Assembly: GCA_964547365.1 (NCBI GenBank)
Contig: CAZJMP010000001.1
Coordinates: 1 to 60,728, forward strand
Length of the DNA stretch: 60,728 bases
Source: an uncultured Candidatus Peribacteria bacterium
Lineage (GTDB): Bacteria; Patescibacteriota; Gracilibacteria; Absconditabacterales; Absconditicoccaceae
Reading direction: 5' to 3'
The position numbers and the translations under genes were made by a program. Of this stretch, positions 20,186-29,428 are shown piece by piece (position 1 is the stretch's first letter; each line of letters starts with the position of its first letter). Below the pieces are notes generated by a model. The model did no database searches and was not told where the DNA came from. It worked only from the letters and a program-made list of their open reading frames with translations.

Positions 20186-21388
20186 TTATTTCATATATCA
20201 ATTCAAGAACTCTTTTCGACTCATCGGCTTTTTCCCTTCCGGTTTGAGTTGAATATCGATGACCGCTGGATGCAATGCTTTGTCTTTGAATAATGGTACT
20301 TCGTCATTGCTATTGTACAATGGTTCACTGAGTTTCAATTCTTCTATGATAATCCTTTTGTTGTCGAGCATAAAATAGATTTTGGGTCGGAGATAGAATG
20401 CGCGATATTTGTCGTAGATCGTTTCGATAGTATCGTTTCGTGGATCGATCAGTCAGGATTCTTTTTCTATTTTTCCGCAATATGTTGCTTTGTGTTCTTG
20501 CTGTGGCACTTCTCAAAGGATTTTTTTTCAGAATTTCCACAACGTATCGTTCAAAAATTTCGGACCGATCTTTTTCATCTCTTCTATCAATTCTTTCGTT
20601 GTCCGAGAGAATGGTATTGTGAATCTGAGAATGTCGATCATATTCCCTGTGTCCATGGTTGCGTCCATTTTCATGATAGTGATTCCTGTCTCTTTATCGT
20701 TATTGAGCAACGCAGATTGGATAGGTGAGGCGCCGCGGTATTTTGGCAATATCGATCCATGAACGTTGATCGGCGCAACATTTGCGATATCCAAGATCTG
20801 TTGAGGAATGATTTTTCCATAGGCGATAACTACTAACATATCTGGATTTTTTTCTTGCAATCGCTGGGCAAATTCATGTCCTTCCTCTGATTTTTCGGGA
20901 TTCAATTTTGTCGGGGTTTGAATGAATTCAGAATTCAGAATTCAGAGTCTAGAATTTTTTAATTTTTTTCCGCATTGTTTAATGATATTCTCGCACATCT
21001 CCATTCATCTGCCTGCTGGCTTGTCGCATTGCGTTACGACGCCGACGACTTCGAATCTTTTATCGTTCGCTAAACGTTCGAGGAATGGTACGCCTATCGG
21101 TGCTGACGAGAAAAAGACGATTCTGTAGTGGGCTGGATCGTAGTGTTTGTGCTTGCTTGCGGTACAGTGCAAAACTCTATCTGTGGCATAAAATATCCCT
21201 GGTCGGAATCCATATCTTTTGAGAACTTGTGTACTGTATTTGCTACAATGCGGCTCATGTGCGCACACTCTTCCTTTGAGTCGAAACGATAATACTCCTT
21301 TGTCGGGAGATAATGTGTATTGGTAGAGCTTGATGAGTCGGATAGCCGGTTTAGCAAGAGCTTTATTTAATTTTCTGAAAAAATGCAT
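20186..21388 (-). CDS. fmt: YidD-like domain fused to methionyl-tRNA formyltransferase (400 aa)
   Basis: N-terminal LIKLYQYTLSP..CAHEPHCSKYS..GF.PG..ATDR.L.C (YidD/DUF37), then with no stop or start RIVFFSSAPIGVPFLERL..VVGVVTQCDKPAGRG, VVIAYGKIIP, INVHGSILPKYRGASPIQ, and the C-terminal Fmt domain. Three track ORFs lie in one frame. Confidence 0.8.
20924..20958. repeat. Heptamer array inside the fmt coding sequence
   Basis: gaattca gaattca gaattca gagtcta gaatttt. On the coding strand this reads ..KNSRLGILNSEFI.., an insertion relative to the usual Fmt GRG..linker. Confidence 0.85.
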
Positions 21389-21489
21389 CTTTTGTATACT
21401 ATATAAACGGTAGTGAGTGTAATTACTTTGAATAAAAATACAAAGAAATTTTTCCGTTTGAATTTGGATGATGAAACGATAAAATAATT

Positions 21490-22536
21490 ATGCGTTACAA
21501 CGCGACTTTTTCACGACCATTATCGATTGCCACTATGTTGCAGAATGTCTACTTATTTACCGGGCAGGAGACCTATCTCCTAGATAAAGAAATCCTGAGA
21601 TGGAAGGAGAACTTTCTCGTAAAATTCGGTTTGGAAAGTGTTTTTCATTTTACTCTGGATAATCTCGATATCGGTCAAATCAAACAGGCGATCTATCATA
21701 GCTGACTCTTCACTACCAAAAAACTCATCCTGATCAATGGGTTGCCGCTTGATGCTACGACCAAACTTGGAGAAGATAAGAATGAGCAGTTGGCGACATT
21801 TGTCGATGCTTTCGTCAAAGCGGAAGGTAAAATACCTGATGATTCTTTATTGGTCTTTATCAGTTCTACTCCTGACAAAAGATTGAGATTGTATAAGTTT
21901 TTGGAAAAGAACGCGACCGTCAAAGAATTCAACCAGCTCAAGGGTAGTGACTTGGAGACATTCATCAAGAATGAGCTCAGCGAATTTACGATATCTCATG
22001 AGACGATACAACACTTTCTTACCAAGGTAGGATCTGATCTCTATCGTATCCGATTTGAGTGCGATAAACTCAAAACTTGGGCTAAAGTAAAACATCAAAG
22101 CGTCATAGATGAGGCTATGGTAGAATATATCGTTTTTGGGCAAGTGGAGACCGATTCTTTTTCTTTGCTCAAGGCGCTCTTTACTGATAAGAAAAAAGCG
22201 ATTCATATCCTTGAAAAGATCCAGGATTCCTGAAACGATCGGAATCAGTTTGCAGGTATGTTGTATCGAGCTATGAAATTCTATCTCTTTATGATAGATC
22301 TGGATGAAAGCGGAATCCATGAAAGCAAGGATATCGCTTCGTTCTTGAAAATGAATCCTTGGCAAGTGAAGAACGAATATGCCAAGATAGCTATGTTGAA
22401 AGCTAATAAACACAATATCGAGCGTTTTTATGGCGGTTTGATAGAACTTGATTCGGCGATCAAATCCTGAAGAGTTCCTGATACCTATTTCTGGCTCGGT
22501 ATAAAAAATCTTATCAATAACATACATTCTTCATAA
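21490..22536 (+). CDS. holA: DNA polymerase III delta subunit
   Basis: VYLFTGQETYLLDKE, LFTTKKLILI, the clamp-loader delta fold pattern. Three track ORFs are in frame and joined by TGA. An alternative start is at 21535. Confidence 0.7.
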
Positions 22537-22559
22537 CATCTTTTATTTGCAGTGACGTC

Positions 22560-23150
22560 ATGAGAAAAATTCTATTGATAGTCATAGTCTCATTATTGCG
22601 GATCTGAACTGCAAATGCTGGTCTGTCAGATTGATTTTTCTGTCAGGTGAGATCGACGGAAGTGGTTATTTCACTCAAGAAAGCTGGAGGATTTTACAGA
22701 TGTAGCGATACCGTTGCCTCTCTTGAGAAACTTATTATGCAAACAGCTAGAGATCTGATGAATATCCAGACATATATCAACAGTTGAAGAGATAGAGATT
22801 ATCGAATAGGCATCAAGACCGAGAAACTCTCTCTTTTGGAAAAATATCAGACTGCTAGAAAAAATATTCTCAAGAGTGTAGAGGCTTTTCAAAATAATCT
22901 TGTACAGAAATCCGTCTATTATTTTGTTCTTTCTATCACACCGTACAAACTCAACCTCCAGAGATCGTTGAACAAGATTGAAATGATGACCTGAACACTC
23001 CCTTCTTCATTGTCTTCTTATGCATCCTTGCTTAAGGGACAGATATCCACCATTACCTCGATTTCCACTACGCAAACGGTAGCCGAACTTATCCCTTTGC
23101 TGAAAAAATATATTTATCTCAAACATGAAATATCATGAAAATATGAATAA
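22560..23150 (+). CDS. Secreted hypothetical protein (196 aa, signal peptide)
   Basis: MRKILLIVIVSLLRIGTANA. The frame is open under table 25 only. Confidence 0.5.
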
Positions 23151-23965
23151 TCTCTTCATGATCCGAAACATTGACGCTCTTCAAGTTTTTGACGAAATAC
23201 GATCATGAGTATGTCGTATATTATGATGATCTCCATCGGCCGTATGGTGACAAAACATTCGATCAATCCTTGGAATTTGTAGAACAGGGCATGGCATATC
23301 TTGCGAAACAGAACGTTGACGTGCTCATCCTTCCTCCTATCTATGAACTTTATATAATGCAGAGTTCAAAATTCAGAATGCAGAAGAAAAATATTCTGCC
23401 ATTATTCACTTCTTATGTCCATGATTATTGTTTCACTCATTCGCTTGTGGGCAAATACTGAATACTCGGTGATTTTGCTGATATAGATAAGGCGCAATCA
23501 CTGCTTCAGAATTTGGAGAAAACCTATACACCGACCGCCAGTCAGAAAACTACCAGGAAGTTCCATTCACCGTTTGCTTATCGGGCCAAGGAAGTCCCTT
23601 TGCGAAAACATTATCTCACGGATCTTTCCTATTCCCATATCCTCGTCAACAAAATCATTAAATTTGATCTGAGATATTTCAAGGATGCAATGGTCGATAC
23701 GCTTATTCCTTTCAATTACGGATATTTCCATTACCAGCCCACGATTACCAAATTCCTTAATTTCAAAAAGATAAGATTCCATAAGTTAGAAAATCTTGAA
23801 CAGATTTTTCAGGGATTAACTATTGCGGACACATGACAAGGAACAACAACCTATTCTGTCACTGTGGCGTATACGTGACATCCAGAATTATTGAAAAGAG
23901 AAAAAAGAGTAATATGGCTTCTTCAGAGAGGAAAAAATGTAGAAATTCAACGAAAAAAAATTTAG
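23135..23965 (+). CDS. Glutamate racemase (MurI)-like protein with both catalytic Cys positions substituted
   Basis: MKIGIISSGSETLTLFKFL, YYDDLHRPYGDKT (compare GD.AR.PYG.KS). VDVLILPPIYE replaces ..ACNTA, and NYGYFHYQP replaces GCTHYP. Contains the heptamer array 23362-23389 (MQSSKFRMQKK). Confidence 0.5.
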
Positions 23966-23980
23966 CATATAGCATCCCCT

Positions 23981-24253
23981 ATGACTTTGGAAACGTACAG
24001 AAAAAAAATAGATCAGATAGATCATCAACTTATCGATCTTCTTGCTCAAAGATTCACGGTTGTAAAATCCATACGCGAATATAAAAACACTCATAAAATT
24101 CCTCCTTTGGATCTTTCCAGATGGGCTAGTGTATTGGCTTCCATTAAAAAATTTGCCAAGAAAAAATGATTATCCGAAACGTTTGTCACTGATCTTCGAG
24201 AACGTATCCACAAGGAATCCTTATTGTTGCAAAAAATAAAAAAATCCGCCTAG
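23981..24253 (+). CDS. Chorismate mutase (AroQ type, 90 aa)
   Basis: YRKKIDQIDHQLIDLLAQRF..V..I..YK. Continues through one TGA to a TAG stop. Confidence 0.75.
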
Positions 24254-24268
24254 GCGGATTTTTTTTAT
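24238..24268. terminator. Bidirectional terminator
   Basis: aaaaaaatccgcctaggcggatttttttt, a perfect palindrome. Confidence 0.8.
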
Positions 24269-24280
24269 CCTCAAGAGAGA

Positions 24281-24613
24281 TTATTTCTTGATCTTGACTG
24301 CAGCTCGTCCAACCAATTTCTTAGCAGGTTTTTTAGCAGCAGGTTTTTTTGCCTTCTTAACTTTTTTAGGAGCTTTTTTCTTGGCAACCTTCTTAACTTT
24401 TTTAGGAGCTTTTTTCTTAGCAACCTTCTTAGCTGGTTTCTTAGCAGCTTTCTTAGCTGGTTTTTTAGCAGCTTTTTTAGCAACTTTCTTTACAGCTTTT
24501 TTAGCAGGTTTCTTAGCAACCTTTTTAGCAGCTTTTTTAGCTGGTTTCTTAGCAACTTTTTTAGCAACTTTCTTTACAGCTTTTTTTGCAGCTGGTTTTT
24601 TCTTTGCAACCAT
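24281..24613 (-). CDS. Histone H1-like Lys/Ala-rich nucleoid protein (110 aa)
   Basis: MVAKKKPAAKKAVKKVAKKVAKKPAKKAAKK... AKKP/AKKV repeats. The start is set at the internal Met of track ORF 24281..24685. Confidence 0.7.
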   Translation of the reverse strand: MVAKKKPAAKKAVKKVAKKVAKKPAKKAAKKVAKKPAKKAVKKVAKKAAKKPAKKAAKKPAKKVAKKKAPKKVKKVAKKKAPKKVKKAKKPAAKKPAKKLVGRAAVKIKK

Positions 24614-24823
24614 TGTGAGTAGATAATAAGAGAATAAAAAAGAGATATAACACATCAGATATATGCTATTTAGTAGTAATTGCAAGAGAAAATGAATGAG
24701 AAGAAAATTTTTTTTTGTAATGTGTATCTATTGCAATCACTCTTTTTACCTAGTATTTCCTTGCTCTTATTTTTTTGCAAAAAAACCTTTTCAAAAAAAA
24801 TAAAAAAATAAAAAATTTTTTTT

Positions 24824-24850
24824 AAAAAAAACCGGCAACGCCGGTTTTTC
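24824..24850. terminator. Bidirectional terminator
   Basis: accgg-caacg-ccggt hairpin flanked by an A-run and a T-run. Confidence 0.55.
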
Positions 24851-24870
24851 CCATAGAATGAAAATTTACA

Positions 24871-24969
24871 TTATTTCTTGCATTTGCAGCAGCATCCTTT
24901 TTTAGCAGCTGTTTTTTTAGCAGCAGGTTTTTTTGCTGCCATTTTTTTCACTGGTTTCTTGACTACCAT
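24871..24969 (-). CDS. Small basic protein (32 aa) with a C-terminal Cys cluster
   Basis: MVVKKPVKKMAAKKPAAKKTAAKKGCCCKCKK. Lies in tandem with the H1-like gene and has its own terminator. Confidence 0.4.
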   Translation of the reverse strand: MVVKKPVKKMAAKKPAAKKTAAKKGCCCKCKK

Positions 24970-25193
24970 GGTGAATGAGTGATGAAAAGATAAAAAGGGT
25001 ATAACAATATTGTTAATATGCTTTTATATTATACATTCAAGAGTAAACTATGGATATCGATTGTCGCTATATCCAGTCGGTATTCATTGTGATTATCGGT
25101 AAAATATTATTTATCTAATAAGAGGACTAAAAATACAAGCCTAAACTGAGTATTCTCCGTTTTTCTCTGTCTGTTATTTCTTCGGTATAAAAT

Positions 25194-25222
25194 TTGACAA
25201 AAATGCCTGTTCTGGATATACT
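25194..25222 (+). promoter_or_regulatory. Consensus promoter of the 25256-29333 operon
   Basis: ttgaca, 17-nt spacer, tatact. The sequence ..tgcctgttctggatatacttagat.. closely matches 12471-12497. Confidence 0.6.
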
Positions 25223-25255
25223 TAGATATGATTTTTACCTGTTTATTGTTTGTGC

Positions 25256-26131
25256 ATGGGTATAGATATGACTGCATTCAAAGATGTGGCTAAAGATGCT
25301 GCTATCAATTATGGTAAGCAAAAGGCCAATGAGACGCTTACCGATCAGGAAAAATTCACTGCGACGCTTGAAAAGATCAAAACCAATAACGGATTCAAGA
25401 AAATCAAGGGAATCCGGGATTCTTGTGACGAGAGCGATAAGGAAAAAATATATAAAGCTGGTCAGCAGATGGGAAAAAGTATTCCTGAAAAAATTCTTGA
25501 TCCTTTGGGATTGGGTATCGTACAGACGACCAAACAGGCCGATCCGACATTGGCTACCATCCAGATGCTTCGTTACAAAAACAATAAGATCAAATGACTG
25601 AAGGCGGTATGTCCTCCACAGACATTTGAAACTACTATGAGATTCATGGTTCAGTTAGGATTATTGGATGCTCCTCAGAAGGTCACGCCAGAATCTATGC
25701 TTTCTGATCTCCAGAGCGATACAAAATCCGTCAACATGAAATTAACCGCTTTTGAGGCCATTGCTACAGTAGTCCCTTATTTGAGGCCGTTATTGCCGTT
25801 TATTCAGCTATTGAAACAATATGTAAAAAAACTTTGAGAGGCTAGTGTCCAAAAAGCCATGGTCAATCAGCTCGCAAAACAGGAAGCAGTTACTTCACCT
25901 GAATACAAGGAAAATAAGGTAATCAAGACAACCAAAGAATGAACGACTGTTTTGGGCACTAATGTTCAGGAAGAGAAAATCAAGGAATATATCGTTGATA
26001 ATCTTTCCACCAAGTCTTCAAAAAAGACAAACGATCCTGGTGTCTCCCATGAAACTCAGCAACAAGTGAAACATGAGAATGCAGGCACTCCTATGCCCAA
26101 GGAAGATGCTGTAGAAAAAATAGCTCAATAA
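25256..26131 (+). CDS. Hypothetical protein X1 (291 aa)
   Basis: Track ORFs 25250.. and 25637.. are in frame and joined by TGA. Ends in TAA at 26129. Confidence 0.55.
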
Positions 26132-26153
26132 TATCTTTTATTATTTATCATAT

Positions 26154-27014
26154 ATGCTTATGAACACGCTAGAACAACTTAAAGAATCCAAAGAAAAAAA
26201 ATCTTCTCAGACTCCTGAGGTTGAGAAAAAAGTAGATTCTTCCTTAGTCAAGCAAGAGACTAAAACTGATGAGACTGTTCTCAACAAGGACGTAACTTCT
26301 ACGGAGCAACAAGAAGAGGAACAGGCGAAAAAAGATACCCAGGAGATGTTCCAGGAACAGAAATTGAAGGACTTGAAGAGTATCGAAGATGTTCAGAAAG
26401 CGACGGAAAATTATGGTAAAATCATGGATAAATATGGTGTGGATACGGTCCTATGATGGCTTCCTGGCGGTGATATGGTGTCAGGAGCGTTCAGTACATT
26501 TTTCTTTATCTATCAGTGAGGTAAGCTCCCTAAAGGAAAAAATCTTCCTTGGATCGATAGAGTGAAAATTTTTTGACTTCAAGCTGTAGATTCCTTTGGT
26601 AAACCTGTAGGTAAAATAGCGTCTGCAGTCTATCTTGCTGCTCAATGAGCTGTTCTGGGTATGGCATTGGGTCCTATCGGTGCTGTTGTTGGATGAGTCG
26701 CTTGATGAGTAGGCTGATATCTGGTTTGAAACTTCTTGTTCGATTACTTTTTCAAAGCGAATAAATGGTCTGCTAAAATCTTCAATAAACATTGCGAAAC
26801 ATTGAAGTTGGAAGCACAGAAACAAGGCATGACTGCTGAAGAAATAGCTGCATTGGAAGCTGAACAAGCCAAACTTAGAGATCGTTTCTCAAAAGAAAAA
26901 AGCACCTTCCAAAAAACCAAAGAACATGTCTCTTGAATGTACAACAAGGGAAAAACTAATTATACATCCTACAAAGATAAACAAAAAGAGAAAAAAGAAA
27001 AAGATGCTGCATAG
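26154..27014 (+). CDS. DUF4112-like membrane protein X2 with a glycine-zipper helix
   Basis: GVDTVLGWLPGGDMVSGAFS, AVDSFGKPVG, FDYFFKANKWSAKIF resemble the DUF4112 pattern. GAVVG[G]VA[G][G]VG[G]YLV[G] uses 5 TGA codons. Confidence 0.5.
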
Positions 27015-27044
27015 TCGCAATTTATCTATTGATGCTATCTTCTT

Positions 27045-29333
27045 ATGAGCGAAACGCTTAGTATAGAGCAATTACAGGCACAGGTTGATCAGGTTAGCCT
27101 TGATCTTACTGACCTCAAAAAAGAGAGTTCTGATGATATCATCAAAACTAAGACTGCTGATTTGCAAAAAAAAGTGAACACAACAAAAGACAATATCAAT
27201 CAGAGGATAGACGAGCTTAAATCCTTGGGTGAGACATCCCATAGCGCTGAGATCGCTAAGCTTGAAAATATGCTTACTGTTCTAAAAACTTCCAATACCG
27301 ATCTCGATAATCTCAAAAAAGATGTTGTCACCACTTCTGCACAGACGGATAGTGATACAGATAACGATACAGATACTTCCAAGGACGAAACAAAAGATGA
27401 AACAAAAGACAAAGAGGATACTAAGGATAAAAATCGGTTCAAAAGACAAATCGATGGTTTCTCCGATAAGACAGAAGAACATCATTGATGGAAAAATACT
27501 GCTCGTATAGCATGAGGCGTCGGTATCCTTGCTTTGGGTATACGATGAATCAAAAAACTTTTCGGCAAAAAGAAAGACGAGAACGTAGCAGCTACTGTCA
27601 CTGATAAAACCTGAACAGAAACGACTCTTGATGATACCTGAACAGAAACAACTCCTTCGGCTACAGCTCAAGAGAAAAAGAAAACGAGTTTTGGCTCCAA
27701 AGTATGGAAAGTCATCAAATACGGCTGAATTGCAGTAGGATGATTCTTTGGCTTGAGATGGCTTATCGGCAAAGGCGGAAAGGATATTCTTGATTGGACG
27801 GGTATCAGGAAAAGACCTGATGCACCTGATGTCAGCGCTGACGATGCAAACAATACCATTACCTGATTGGCTGCCGGTATGGAATATAGTACTGATAACG
27901 GAAAAACATATACCGCATTTGATGAATCAAACGTTCCTACGTTTCCTGGTGTGAAGAAAATTCTAGTGAGGACAGCAAAAACGGATACGACACCGGAAAG
28001 CAAGACTAAGGAAATCTCTTTCACTGCCGCTGATGCAGGTCCTACTACGCCATGATATGAGGCGGAATATGAAACATTGGATGCTTGAAAAAAAGCTCAA
28101 TATGGAACTTTGGAGACGCATGTCTCTACGCTATATGATGATACCATGAAATCCGTGAATGATAAGATCAGGATTCCTCCGTTACTTGTCCGCAAAGACG
28201 CTTCCCTTTCTACATGAAGCTCTTATGCAAGCATCATGTATATGCTTGATGAACACTATGGCACTATGGATAAGGTGTTGCATGATGATTATTTCTCGAA
28301 AGTCGAAAAGAAAGCGGATTTGGTCGTAGATGATATCGTTGAATTCCTCAAAAAATATCAAGACAATAAGATCGTCGGCGGTATGTGCACTACCATTGCT
28401 AGTCGGCTTGAGTCATATCTCAAGAAATGAGGCTTTGATGAGACTTCGCTCAAGGCGAAATTGAAGGACGATCCTAATGCGCTCGCTCAGTTGAAGGTTT
28501 TGATTAAGAAAATAAGCGTTGTGAGATTCTTCGTATCTGAAAAAAGAAAGATATATGAGCAACATTTAGAGCAAAATGATGTCGATGAAACAGGCACTAC
28601 CCCTAGTACGTTGACCGATACGTTTGATGGCGTGAGATTTGTGTGAGCAAGCGAATCAGATGTCTCATTGTATTCGACACTAAAAGACAATAATCTTCTT
28701 GACTCGAAGATCTCTACTGAGACTCAGGCTGGCATCGATCTCAATAAGGCTGCTCAAACATTGCAGAAAAAAATAGAAAGCACTGAATCAACTTTGGATT
28801 ATTCGTGAAAGAGATGAAAAATAAAATATGACTATACTAACGGGGAATTACAAAGTCGAGATAATACAACTGAAATAGAGATACTCCCTAGTGGTGTATC
28901 GTCTTTTACTACTCCTACAGTTCAGCATGTTATCGATAATATGCCTGAATCAATCAAACCTAAAGATTATGTCTTTAGAATAAAGGATCTCCCTGTACGT
29001 CTTACTTCTGCAGATGAAGCTGTTTGGCTTGCTAATTTTATTAACAAAATGATGTATGATTATGGTTCGACATTTGCAGAAAAATTAAAGAATAATGCCA
29101 GTGGTGATTGTTTAGGACGATTTAACTCATATCGTGGAAATTTTAATAAGGATGTACTTTATCCTGGTATTTATGAAGCAGAACATGGACGAGAACTTTG
29201 GAATCCTTTTCATAATGCTACTCGTGTATTGTCAAAATCGACTTTATATGAAAATTGTCCTGGTTGGTGAGATGATGAAGCTGAGGCTTTGGTAGCATAT
29301 CTCAATAAGAGGTTTAAAAAACTTGCTGGTTAA
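27045..29333 (+). CDS. Large hypothetical membrane-anchored protein X3 (762 aa)
   Basis: Five track ORFs (27045, 27867, 28236, 28461, 28941) lie in one frame with only TGA codons between them. N-terminal coiled coil, D/T-rich tract, two TM segments, large C-terminal region. Confidence 0.6.
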
Positions 29334-29428
29334 TAATATATTTTCCATTGTTTTATAGGATAAATTTACTATTATCGATGAGTTGTCCGCCTTGGCGGAT
29401 ACTTATTTTAGCAATTTCGAAAAAAAAC

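Noticed and set aside
21094-21357. Overlapping alternative-frame ORFs listed in the track inside real genes (for example 21094..21357, 20325..20540, 8183..8482, 31718..32044)
   Set aside because: They lie antisense or out of frame within genes that have strong family motifs. Their composition is typical of shadow ORFs in AT-rich DNA.
24288-24626. Plus-strand ORF encoding a Phe/Leu/Ala-rich 112-aa protein
   Set aside because: It is the mirror-frame artefact of the Lys/Ala-rich H1-like gene on the minus strand (AAG/GCT repeats read antisense).
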